Below are positions 27,067 through 38,875 of a DNA stretch of 64,000 nt, piece by piece (the stretch's first letter is position 1; every line of letters starts with the position of its first letter). The stretch spans positions 62,001 through 126,000 of the forward strand of contig NC_043018.1 of the NCBI RefSeq assembly GCF_006345805.1, given 5' to 3'. Under the pieces are notes generated by a model. The model was not told the origin of the DNA. It did no database searches and worked only from the letters and a program-made list of their open reading frames with translations. Source of the stretch: Octopus sinensis (taxonomy: Eukaryota). The position numbers and the translations under genes are program-made.

Positions 27067-27537
27067 GTATGGTTAGAAATGTAAAGCACAAATAGATATA
27101 AAAGACTATGTACATTACGGATATGCTTTTGAATTACTTCGTTAGACATTTCATAGTGTTTTTAATTCTAGCCGGATTTTAGTGTAGATTATCCCCATTC
27201 CAGATATTTCAACCTCTGAATAATACATCCCTTATAAAAGTTTCACATTCACTTAAAATCTCAATTTATACCAATAAGTAAAAGAATATATCTTCCATCA
27301 GTAATCAGCTGCATAGATATCGTTAACAGATCAACAACACATCGGAGTAGATTATTACCTTCCGCGTACATGAGTAAATGTGTTAGATAATCGGTGTGTG
27401 TATGTCTGTGTGCACGTATATGTGTTTCTATGTGTGGTGACATGCATGTATATCGACATATATATATCTATGCATAAGGTCCAAAAAATAAAGTGTATAT
27501 ACAAAATATATGTTACGCATGTAAGGAGACTGTATAT

Positions 27538-27800
27538 TGTGTGGATTCGGTAAACGGAAAATGAAAGAAGCCCGTCGTATATATATATATGTGTGTGTGT
27601 GCGTGTGTGTGTGTATGTTTTTGTGTCTGTATTTCTCTCCCAACGTCGCTTGACAACCGATGTTGGTGTGTTTACTTTCTCGTAACTTAGCGGTTCGACA
27701 AAAGAGACCGATAGAATAAGTACTAGCTCTACAAAGAATAAGACCTGATGTCGATTTCTTTTACTAAATTCAGTGCGCCAGCATGGCAGCATTCAAATAG
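27538..27800 (+). mobile_element. SINE family C, headless copy
   Basis: gtggatt.ggta.acggaaa.tgaaagaagcccgtcg...ccagcatggc. Confidence 0.8.
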
Positions 27801-27954
27801 AAATAAATAAGCATATATATGTGTGTGTATGTGTGTGTGTGTACGTATGTGTGTGCTTGTTTCAATGCATATGCATATATATACACACACACATATATAT
27901 ATACATATATACATATATATATACATATATATATATATATTATATATTATATAT

Positions 27955-28249
27955 GGAGGTGCAATGGCCCAGTGGTTAGGGCAGCGGACTCGCGGTCGTA
28001 GGATCTCAGTTTCGATTCCCTGACCGAGTGTTGTGAGTGTTTATTGAGCGAAAACACCTAAAGCTCCACGAGGCTCCAGCAGGGGAGTGTTCTCTTTCGC
28101 CACAACTTTCTCTCACTCTTTCTTCTGTTGGCCTGCTCGCTTAGCCAGCGGGGTGGCGTCATATGAAGGCTAAAACGATGCGAAGCGCATTGTGACCAGC
28201 GATGTGTAGCAACATCCGATAGCCTTGTCGGTCACGGTGATCACGGTGA

Positions 28250-28250
<1 letters not shown>
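27955..28250 (+). mobile_element. SINE family B head with an alternative 3' tail
   Basis: Head like 29349 to ~28125, then unrelated tail ending (tcacggtga)x2. Confidence 0.8.
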
Positions 28251-28299
<49 letters not shown>

Positions 28300-28309
28300 T
28301 ATACACAGA

Positions 28310-28700
28310 CACAGACACATATATATAAATACACAGACAAACAGACACACATATATATATACACAGACAAACAGACACACATATATATATACACAGACAA
28401 ACAGACACACATATATATATACACAGACAAACAGACACACATATATATATACACAGACAAACAGACACACATATATATATACACAGACAAACAGACACAC
28501 ATATATATATATACACAGACAAACAGACACACATATATATATACACAGACAAACAGACACACATATATATATACACAGACAAACAGACACAAACACATGA
28601 ATGCTCACATATACACAATCTTATATACACACTCTTATATACACACTCTTATATACACACTCTTATATACACACTCTTATATACACACTCTTATATCTCT
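28310..28700. repeat. Minisatellites: ~9x 30-32 bp (atatatatatacacagacaaacagacacac) and ~5x 14 bp (ttatatacacactc)
   Basis: Direct tandem units. Confidence 0.9.
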
Positions 28701-28785
28701 CTATTTATAAACAGATTGACACAAATAATATCCGTTCACAGGTACGTATAGACAAATACTAGGAAATATAGATACACGAATTTAT

Positions 28786-28817
<32 letters not shown>

Positions 28818-29348
28818 CTTGTATCAGCACGCGCAGGAACCCACATTTACACACTCACAGACAAACAGATTTAGGGAACAGATTTAGAGAATGAATGAAT
28901 GGATGAACGATGGAGAAAAACGAACAGTACCAAAAAAATTAATAAATAAATAAAATAAAACGAATCACAGAATTGGCTTCATCAAATCCAACCATAACAT
29001 CTTTGCAATTCCGGATAACATTAAGAAACTTTACGAGATTATGGAATCTTCCTGTCATCGTCTACGAACTAATTCTATCTCCAGCACTTTCGGAATAAAA
29101 TAAAAAACGACGAAAAAGCAGCAAAAACAGCTCGAAATAGTATTAATCCCGAAGCCAAAAAATCATAGCATCTAGTCAAAGCATTTGAAAGGAGAACTGA
29201 CACGTTAACACTCAGAATTCTACACTTTACACTCGAAATCGTTATCCTAACTTTACAAACAACCTTTGTATTACACTAATAAGCTTCTTAAATCAGACGT
29301 TTGCAGTAACAAGGAAATAATAGTTTCCTTTATACTTTATATAAATAC

Positions 29349-29731
29349 GGAGGCGCAATGGCCCAGTGGTTAGGGCAGCGGACTCGCGGTCGTAGGATCG
29401 CGGTTTCGATTCCCAGACCGGGCTTTGTGAGTGTTTATTGAGCGAAAACACCTAAAGCGCCACGAGGCTCCGGCAGGGGATGGTGGTGATCCCTGCTGTA
29501 CTCTTTCACCACAATTTTCTCTCACTCTTTCTTCCTGTTTCTGTTGTACCTGTATTTCAAAGAGCCGGCCTTGTCACTCTCTGTGTCACGCTGAATATCC
29601 CCGAGAACTACGTTAAGGGTACACGTGTCTGTGGAGTGCTCGGCCACTTACACGTTAATTTCACGAGCAGGCTGTTCAGTTGGTCGGATCAACCGGAACT
29701 CTCATCGTCGTAACCGACGGAGTGCTTCCAC
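29349..29731 (+). mobile_element. SINE family B, full length
   Basis: tRNA-like head; TSD atataaatac at 29339-29348 and 29732-29741. Confidence 0.93.
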
Positions 29732-29861
29732 ATATAAATACGCTGTAAAGGCGGTGAGCTGGAAATGTTATGAAGCACACCGGTCGAAATGCCGCTAATC
29801 ATTTCGAATTTCGCCTTCAGTCTCATAGTTCAAATTCTCTCGAGGTTGATTTTGCGTTTCT

Positions 29862-30090
29862 ACTTTTTTATTCTTTTATTCTTTTACTTGTTTCAGTCAT
29901 TTGACTGCGGCCATGCTGGAGCACCGCTTTTAGTCGAGCAAATCGACCCCGGGACTTATTCTTTTTAAGCCCAGTACTTATACTATCGGTCCCTTTTGCC
30001 GAACCGCTAGGTGACGGGGACGTAAACACACCCATCGTTGTCAAGCCATGCTAGGGGGACAACACAGACATACAACACACATATATATAT

Positions 30091-30150
<60 letters not shown>

Positions 30151-30298
30151 TACGACAGGCATCTTTCAGTTTCCGTCTACCAAATCTACTCACAAGGCAT
30201 TGGTCGGCCCGGGGCTATAGCAGAAGACACTTGCCCAAGATGCCACGCAGTGGGACTGAACCCGGAACCATGTGGTTGGTTAGCAAGCTACTTACCAC
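29862..30298 (-). mobile_element. SINE family C
   Basis: Close match to 8145-8565. Confidence 0.9.
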
Positions 30299-30419
30299 GG
30301 GGCGTTATTATTAATTTAGTACCAGTTGAGAACTGGGGTCGATGTAATAGGATTGTCTCCACCCCGCTCCGAACTTGCTGGCGTTGTGCCAAAATTTGGA
30401 ATCAAAATGAATACGCTCT

Positions 30420-31000
30420 ACTGGCGTGGTGCTCTGCAAAGAAGTTTGGTTTCCAACCATATGGGTCTGGATTCAGTCCCTCTGTGTGGCTTTCGTGGAC
30501 AGGGCAAGGGTCTTCTATTACATCCCCGGGGGGGGGGGAGAAAGCCTTGTGAATATATTTGGTAGATGACTATATAGTCGTGTACCAAGCGCGCGCACAT
30601 ACACACATGCACATACACACATACGCATAAACAGATATGTGTGTGTGTCTTTACGCTTGTGCTGTCTCCCTCCACCGCTTGACAGCCGGTGTTAGTTTGA
30701 TTATGTCCCTCGTGACTTATCGGTTCGGTAGAGCTCTCATCCCCTTTCACTTGCACCAGATGTGGTAGAGACTGTCACTCGATGATTGGTCTGCACAGCC
30801 ACACCAGGAAGTGCAGATAAACCCACCACTTTTTCCGAGCTACACCATCGTCTCACGAGACGGACGGATGCCGACGGAGAAGAAGAAGAAGAAGAAGAGT
30901 AAGTACCTGGTGATATAAAAATAATTACTGGATCAATTTGCTTGACTAAAACTTTCAAGACAGTACCCCGAGAATGACCGCAGACTAATGACTGAAATAA
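30420..31000 (+). mobile_element. Diverged SINE family C interrupted by an RTE 3' end
   Basis: Head, aaagccttgtga.t..atttggtaga and tail accgcagactaatgactgaaa recognisable on either side of the insert. Confidence 0.6.
30737..30898 (+). mobile_element. RTE-clade LINE extreme 3' end (Cys/His knuckle, 3'UTR, (GAA)n tail)
   Basis: FTCTRCGRDCHSMIGLHSHTRKCR* at 30746-30820; catcgtctcacgagacgga hairpin; (GAA)n. Confidence 0.8.
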
Positions 31001-31147
31001 TTTTTAAATGAAGAGAATAAATTGTTTCGTATACATTAACAATTCGAGTATCCAATGGCTTAAAATCATAGATGAAAATTACCAGTTATCTATAATTTAG
31101 CATTGAAAAATAGTATGCTATCACATAGCTTTAAGCAATACCAAATA

Positions 31148-31365
31148 CACGAGGCAGCGCTGAAAAGTTCCTGGCTTTGAGTAACACAAAATTACAGGAG
31201 GATCAGTTAATTATGATTTTATCCAACATATTCAAAAAATGCGCATAATTTATTGTAGCATCCTTCAGTTTCTCTAAGCCCTGTAAAGACTTCAGAATTT
31301 TTTGGACTCCTGCCATGCCTTTTACGATACCCTTAAAGTAAGGAGCTTTTCAGCACTTCCTCGTA
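31148..31365. mobile_element. Tc1/mariner-type MITE
   Basis: ~30-bp imperfect TIRs cacgaggcagcgctgaaaagttcct / aggagcttttcagcacttcctcgta; TA at the left flank. Confidence 0.7.
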
Positions 31366-31620
31366 TTACAAATATAAGAAACATTATCATCACAATACAT
31401 CTAGGAAATTGTAAGTCTTCTACAGGAGCACGAAAGTTCAAGGAAAATTCTTTGCCAATATAGAATCTAAAAATATTTATCATAGATTTAAATATATATA
31501 TTCTGTGTGGTTTCTTGGTTTCTTGGTTGCTCTTTGATTTAAGATTTAAAATTTCTACCCCACCTGGTGTACTCTAGCAGTGGTGATCTCACTTACTACA
31601 TTAACCGATACATACATATA

Positions 31621-31790
31621 CTCTTTTACTTCTTTCAGTCATTTGACTGTGGCCATGCTGGAGCACCGGCTTTTGTCAAGCAAATCGACCCCAGCATTTA
31701 TTCTTTGCATGCCTAATACATATTCTATCGGTGTCTTTTGCTGAACCGCTAAGTTACGGGGACGTAAACACTCCAGCATCAGTGGTCTGG

Positions 31791-31832
<42 letters not shown>

Positions 31833-32031
31833 ATATATACGACGGGCTTCTTTCAGTTTCCGTCTACCAAATCCACTCACAAGATTTTGGTCGGCCCGAG
31901 GCTATAGTAGAAGACATTTGCTCAAGGTGCCACGCAGTGGGACTGAACCAAGAACCATATGGTAAGCAAGCTACTTACCACACAGCTACTCTTACGCCTA
32001 TAGCTACTTATCACACAGCCACTCCTGCACC
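31621..32031 (-). mobile_element. SINE family C
   Basis: Matches family C; short internal duplication near the head. Confidence 0.88.
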
Positions 32032-32045
32032 TATATATATATGGA

Positions 32046-32081
<36 letters not shown>

Positions 32082-32436
32082 TGTATGTATGTATGTATGT
32101 ATGTATGTATGTATGTATGTATGTATGTGTATATGGGTACATAGACATATGCATATTAATTAAGAGTAGATATATATGCATTTCTCTCAATCTTGTGGAA
32201 GGTAGCAGCCTTTTTGTTTTGTAGTAGTTTCTATGAAAGGATTAAGTTGACGAGTACATTGGTACCAAGTGATATTTATACGTATGTACAAATCGATGGA
32301 TGTATATGTACATACGTGTGCATTCGTATTTATGCAAGCGTACGCGGATGTGGATGTTGGTGTGTTGCCTCTCTGCCTGTGCATGTATCTACATATAAAT
32401 ATATAAGTACACATGCAAGTGTATTATGTATGAACA

Positions 32437-32467
<31 letters not shown>

Positions 32468-32537
32468 GTATCTGTGTGTTGCATGTCCGTATTGATATAT
32501 ATATATATACATATATATATTATATATATATATATAC

Positions 32538-32596
<59 letters not shown>

Positions 32597-32728
32597 CATG
32601 TTTGTATGTATGTATGCGTTTGTCTGCGTGTATGAGTATTTCTTTCAATTCGACATTCCTGTAGGGGAATACAAATGTGGATATATCAGCAGAAATACTT
32701 TCGATAAAGGTTTCCGTATATATAAATA

Positions 32729-32771
<43 letters not shown>

Positions 32772-33307
32772 ATTATAGATACATATACATACCACACGCG
32801 CGCGCATATATAGAGTGTATGTATATGTATGTGTGTATTTACACATGCGTAAGTTATATATATATATGTTTATGTACAAGTAATTTATGTAGTATATGTG
32901 TGTGTGTGCGTGTGTAGGAATATAAGTGTGCGTACGCGAGGGCAAGCGCGTGTGTGTGTGTGTATGTGAGTGACATGCTGTGATTCTTTCGGAAGATAGT
33001 GGACTTAGGCGTTCCAATACAGAGATAAATGAACTAAAATCGGGATAAACAATAGGATCAATATTATCGATCACATCCTTTCAATGCCGTACTCCAGCAA
33101 GGCCGCATTCTTTTGACTTCAGTCAGTAAAATATTTATATTTGTAAGTGCATTTCCTCCAATATCCTCTATTCGCATGCATATGTATGAATATATACAGG
33201 TGTAAATATATATATATATGAGTGTCTGTGTATGTGTGTGTATGTGTGTATCTATATGCATATGTGTTTATATAAATATATATATATACATATACTTAAA
33301 TATATAT

Positions 33308-33362
33308 GTGCCCCAGCATGGCCGCGGCATTCGGGCTAAAACATTTTTAAGGATTTAAGGAT
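33308..33362 (+). mobile_element. Ultra-short CR1-like 3' end
   Basis: gtgccccagcatggccgcggcattcgggctaaaac plus (tttaagga)x2 tail, like 24995-25030. Confidence 0.6.
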
Positions 33363-33499
33363 GTGTATGTGTCTATTATATATATACATGTATATATACA
33401 CACACACATATATATATGGAGTGTTCTGTAAATAATTGTTAAATAAAATTATAGACGTGGAAAGTCTCCGTTCTCTTCATCATTATTAATTATGTATGT

Positions 33500-33558
33500 A
33501 TAGAGAGAGAGAGAGAGAGAGGGGAGGGAGAGAGAGCGAGAGAGAGAGAGAGAGTGAC

Positions 33559-33646
<88 letters not shown>
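33500..33646. repeat. (GA)n-(GATA)n microsatellite
   Basis: Direct runs. Confidence 0.95.
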
Positions 33647-33647
<1 letters not shown>

Positions 33648-33973
33648 TGCGCACAGATATTTTTACAAAATATTTTCGTTACTCTCACCCCAACTTCAAC
33701 AAGATATTTATGTCTTCTGTTTATCAGAATTTTTTGTACGTAAGATATCTTAATAGGAATAAGAAGAAATTTTGCTCAAGCACAAAAATATACAAAATTT
33801 TATACTAGATTTTATATGTAACACAATTTTTTATCTTCTTAATCTATGCTAGGTTACTGGTTTAATTGATTAATATCAATTTCTACCCTTGTTATTTAAT
33901 GTTAATATACATACATATATATTATATATATATTATATATATTTTATATATATATATAATATAATATATATAT

Positions 33974-34017
<44 letters not shown>

Positions 34018-34210
34018 AAGTTAATCCAAACATGAAAACTCCAAGAGAAAACACAACAACGCGAGGACGTGGAACAAATATAGTATTATTGGACGCTCAG
34101 GAAGGAAGGGAAGAAGGAGGGTTTAACGTTTCGAGCGGAGCTCTTCGTCAGAAACATAAGAAAAGGAAAGATCCAGAGAAGGGAAGACGGAGGAAAAAAG
34201 TCGGCAACAG

Positions 34211-34214
<4 letters not shown>
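34018..34214 (-). mobile_element. Penelope-type pLTR fragment in (TA)n carrying a hammerhead
   Basis: Paralog of 49118-49320 (gtatt....g.cgctcagga...ttaacgtttcgagc...gctcttc..cagaaa). Confidence 0.7.
34121..34155 (-). ncRNA. Minimal type I hammerhead ribozyme
   Basis: GTTT-CTGACGA-A-GAGC tcc GCTC-GAAAC-GTT-AAAC; palindromic loopless stem III; stem I GTTT/AAAC. Confidence 0.8.
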
Positions 34215-34249
<35 letters not shown>

Positions 34250-34419
34250 ATATATATATATATTATATATATTATATATACAGGAGAGTGCAGTGAAATC
34301 CGTGTAAGTAGAGTCAGTATATTAGTGGAAATCTGAGTGGAATTGTGACTTGTAGATACGGGAAAGTAGTTAAGATATGAAAGCCCAATGAGTAGGAGGT
34401 TAAAGCAGGATAAAACTGT

Positions 34420-35080
34420 AGTGACAACCATGACTTTGAGACTGTCTCAACTCATGGCTCGCCACTTCATCCATCGTGGATACCTCCTCACCTCTATCAA
34501 CACAGCCCTTGCCAAGGCAATTCCTTGGACCGTGCCTCTGCTCTGTTTCTCCCGCACCCTGCCGTTGCCGTCTTCCGTTTCCCATTACCTACCACCCCTC
34601 CACCCTCCAACGCATCATTCTCCGAGCCTTCCGGTGACTCCAGTGCAAACCCATCACCTAGCACATTTACTCCAACCTACCCCTTCCCTTCCTCAAACGA
34701 GCCTATAACCTGCGTGGCCCTAGCCCACAGTCTCTTCTCTAACCCCATCTCCCAGCCTGGCTCATTACCCTGATCACGCTACTGTACATGCCCCTCCCTC
34801 TCCAACACCACCATCCTCACAGGCACCCATCAGCGTCCCTATCATATCACAGATTCCATTACCTGCACTTCCAATTATTCTATCACCTGCTCTCTCTTTC
34901 AGCCCTTGTCTGTACATCGGTCAAACGTCTCGCTCCATTTCTGCGCTACCGGTCATTCACTAGAGCACCAGTCTGTGTTCGGATTGTCTAAGCTCAGGGT
35001 CATCAGGACTCCTGCCTTCGCCGTGAACAGAATTAATCTTCTCTCTTCGCTCTTTTGGACCTATGGGCTCAAGTCCCCTC
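34420..35080 (+). mobile_element. Decayed Penelope-like element: RT C-terminus, Cys linker, GIY-YIG endonuclease
   Basis: RLSQLMARHFIHRGY; TCP..NTTILTG..RPYHITDSITCTSN; PCLYIGQTSR (~34904-34933); LIFSLRSFGPMGL; multiple frameshifts. Confidence 0.8.
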
Positions 35081-35915
35081 CTCTCTTCATATGGCTACTC
35101 TTCTCTCCTCTGTCGAACTGACAATACTACACTCCTACCCACCTCGCATCTCCTTTCTTCTTCTGACTCCTAGTTTTTCTCTTCCCACCTGCCCACCTTC
35201 TCTCTTCATTGATACCACCCCTAGTCCAACCTACACATCCAACCCTACACATTCACCTCCACCACACACCCTGCGTCCACAGACAGACACCCACACACCC
35301 ACACACCTACAACCCACAACACACTCACACACCACACCCCACACCACCACACCACATCACACCACCCCACACCGAGCCACACACACTAGCACTGACCACC
35401 TCCCAGCACCCACACTACACGCGATCTTTCATACACCCACATGTTACAGACGCACACACACACACAGACACATACGCACACATCGACACACGTCAAAGTC
35501 ACAAGCCCCTCTCCACACACACACACACTTAGACACTCTCACATAGACACTCACTCAGACACTCTCACACATATACACACACAGGCTCGCCTTCGTTTTT
35601 GGATCACCAACAAAATCCGAAACGACGAAGTCACAGTCATGCTATAATAAACTATATATTAACAAAACTATGCACTATTAAAAAGACCTTCGAGTAGTCA
35701 TTCAGTTAAACTACATATGTGTGTGTGTGTAGTATAACATAAAAGCAAACTTCAATACACACACGTACAGACACACACACACATACACACAAACACACGT
35801 ATATACATATATATATATATTTATAATAAGAGTAGATCGTATACGAGTGGGTATATATTTGTAAAAAAGAAGTTTGAAAACGCCACTATATTAGATAAAT
35901 TTTAATTTTCTCATG

Positions 35916-35962
35916 AATTTTACATGTTTCGGTTTTTGAAAAAACGAACCTTATCAAAAATA
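35916..35962 (-). ncRNA. Degenerate minimal hammerhead
   Basis: TTGATAA-GGTT...AACC-GAAAC-AT-GTA; palindromic stem III ACATGT; two core substitutions; ~100-nt tail to (TA)n. Confidence 0.4.
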
Positions 35963-36182
35963 TTATAAAAAGTGCAATAGAAAAGTTCATAATCGTTTCT
36001 TACTGGTCTCAATAGAGTCCATGTGGTGGTGTTTTGTCGGTAGCTGGTATAATCGCTATATTACAGTTGAGTGTAGTGAAGAAGTTCATTATTGTTTCTT
36101 GCTGGTATCAAAATGAAACCGTTTTTTTGTTTCCTTGTGTTCCAAAGCAATGGTAGCAGCAGTAGTCTATATATATATATTA

Positions 36183-36685
36183 TGTCAGGTCACTTTCGAG
36201 TGCTACTGGTAACATGTAACCCAGTACAACCTGTTGCATGGTCGTGAGGAGGGTGTTTATTGGACACCCTGCGGGATGAAAAACAAAACCCATCAAAGGG
36301 CGAAGGAACTCTTGAGAGTCAACGGCCATCCAATAACTGTCTTAAGGCTGTATCATGCGCGGAGAAATAGAAATAATCGGACTGAATACTCGATCGCGCG
36401 GTTAAACCATTGAGAGTGAAGGACTCCTAGCCTTTTTGATAGGGCATCCTTCTAGAAGGTAACTCAGGTAACTGGGATAATTCCGACATAAAACCTGCGG
36501 CTCAGTGGTTACCGATGATGTTGACTTCTTTTTGGATTATGGCTGCTGTTGCTTAGTGAGTGGGATTGATTCAGAGTACAGCCTTTCCTCACTTTAATAG
36601 AAAATCTTCTTGCACAGGCATTGCTCGATAACAACATTGATTAAGCTTTGCGCAATGGCCATACTCGATAACGAGGGGGCAGCCA

Positions 36686-36689
<4 letters not shown>
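36183..36689. mobile_element. Unclassified ~505-bp insert bounded by (TA)n
   Basis: Complex, GC-richer block sharply bounded by TA runs; no ORF; single copy in the window. Confidence 0.5.
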
Positions 36690-36736
<47 letters not shown>

Positions 36737-37129
36737 CTCAGATCAGGTCACTTGCTATGCAAGTACATCTCCGTAATATTTATATATATATATATATTCC
36801 CTGCTTATGTCCTTCTAGAATTATATGTCCTTGTCTATATGAGTGAATGTGTGTATCGGTAATTGATTCATGTTACTACTGCGTATGGTATATGTCTACA
36901 GCATTGGCCAATTAAAGAACGTATTTACAATAAAAGTCACTAACCAGCAATGCCTTATCGAAAAGAAATTACACTTTTAATGAAATGCCATGTTTAATAT
37001 CAGATTTTCTCCCACGAGAAGCTAGGATCCATATGTGTGTACGTCCGTGTGCATGCGCCTGTACTTGTATATCTGTGCGCGTATATACCTGTGCATGAAT
37101 GTAAGTACATAAAAATGTATAAAACAGAT

Positions 37130-37482
37130 ATAATATATATATATATATTATATATATATATAGATATATATATATATATAATGTATATATATGCATATAT
37201 ATATGTATGTATGTGTGTTTGTGTGTGTGTATGCGCACATATATTTATACATACATGTGAACATATATATGTATATATACAAACATATACACACATACAT
37301 ATATATACATATATTGACATATACATACATATATATATATATTCATATATTGATATATACATACATATATATATATATGCATAGTTATATATACACACAT
37401 ATACACACAAACATATATATATATGTATATATATACATATATTGACATATACGTATATATATATATGCATAGTTACGTAGAC

Positions 37483-37513
<31 letters not shown>

Positions 37514-37666
37514 CATAGTTATATATACACACATATACACACACATATATATATATATATATGTATATATATACATATATTGACATATACGTATATATAT
37601 ATATGCATAGTTACGTAGACACATACATACATATATATATATATATAATATATATATATTATCTTT

Positions 37667-37698
<32 letters not shown>

Positions 37699-37780
37699 TA
37701 TCTTTTATATATATATATCTTATATATTATCTTTTATATATATTATATATATATATCTTATTATATATATATATATATAT

Positions 37781-37830
<50 letters not shown>
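37130..37830. repeat. (TA)/(CA) compound repeat with ~120-bp higher-order duplication
   Basis: attgacatatacgtatatatatatatgcatagttacgtagacacatac repeated at ~37440 and ~37580. Confidence 0.85.
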
Positions 37831-37832
<2 letters not shown>

Positions 37833-38112
37833 GCATGTGTATATGTGTATATGTGTGCGTGTATATACGAATATATGTGTGTGCATGTGTTTCGTTTTGT
37901 ATGTGTATGTAATTCTATGGTTTCATATGCGAGCGTGTCAGTTGGATGTATAAAATGAGATAGCGATGAAGCGACTGAAAAGGAGAGAAGTAGGAAGATT
38001 CAAAGCGATAGAGAGAGGAATGCAAGGAGGGAAAGCGTGAGGCAGATAGAGAGAGACACAGAGAAAGCTAAAAAGCCTTCAGAGAGACAAACCATGAAAA
38101 TGTTTGGTGTGT

Positions 38113-38152
<40 letters not shown>

Positions 38153-38256
38153 GTGTATGTGCGTCTGTGTGCGTCTGTGTGTGGCTGTGTGTCTTTAGTG
38201 CTCGTTTGTGACTGACAATTCCGATCGAATATTTTTTCCAATTTCATTTTATCTGT

Positions 38257-38293
38257 CACTACTACTACTACTACAACTACTACTACTACAACA

Positions 38294-38378
<85 letters not shown>

Positions 38379-38387
38379 TAATAATTA

Positions 38388-38462
<75 letters not shown>

Positions 38463-38618
38463 AATAATAACGATAATAATAATACGATAATAATAATAAT
38501 GATAATAATAATGATAATAATAATAATAATAATAATAATTAGAATAATAATAATAATAATAATAATAATGATAATAATAATAATGATAATAATAATAATA
38601 ATGATGATAATAATAATG

Positions 38619-38658
<40 letters not shown>

Positions 38659-38720
38659 TAATAATAATAATGATGGTGATGATGATGATGATGATGATGA
38701 TAATACTAATAATAATAATG

Positions 38721-38751
<31 letters not shown>

Positions 38752-38822
38752 TGATGATGATGATGATAATAACAATAATAATAATAATTAGAATAACAAT
38801 AATAATAATAATAATAATAATA

Positions 38823-38864
<42 letters not shown>

Positions 38865-38875
38865 TGATAATAATT
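38257..38875. repeat. (CTA)n-(TAA)n-(TGA)n triplet tract
   Basis: Direct runs. Confidence 0.95.

Noticed and set aside
28310-28590. CRISPR-like 30-bp periodic array
   Set aside because: No unique spacers; eukaryotic minisatellite
29349-29420. tRNA gene
   Set aside because: tRNA-like head of a multi-copy SINE with body, tail and TSD
35200-35585. 163-aa His/Thr/Pro-rich ORF
   Set aside because: Decayed (CA)-rich low-complexity sequence
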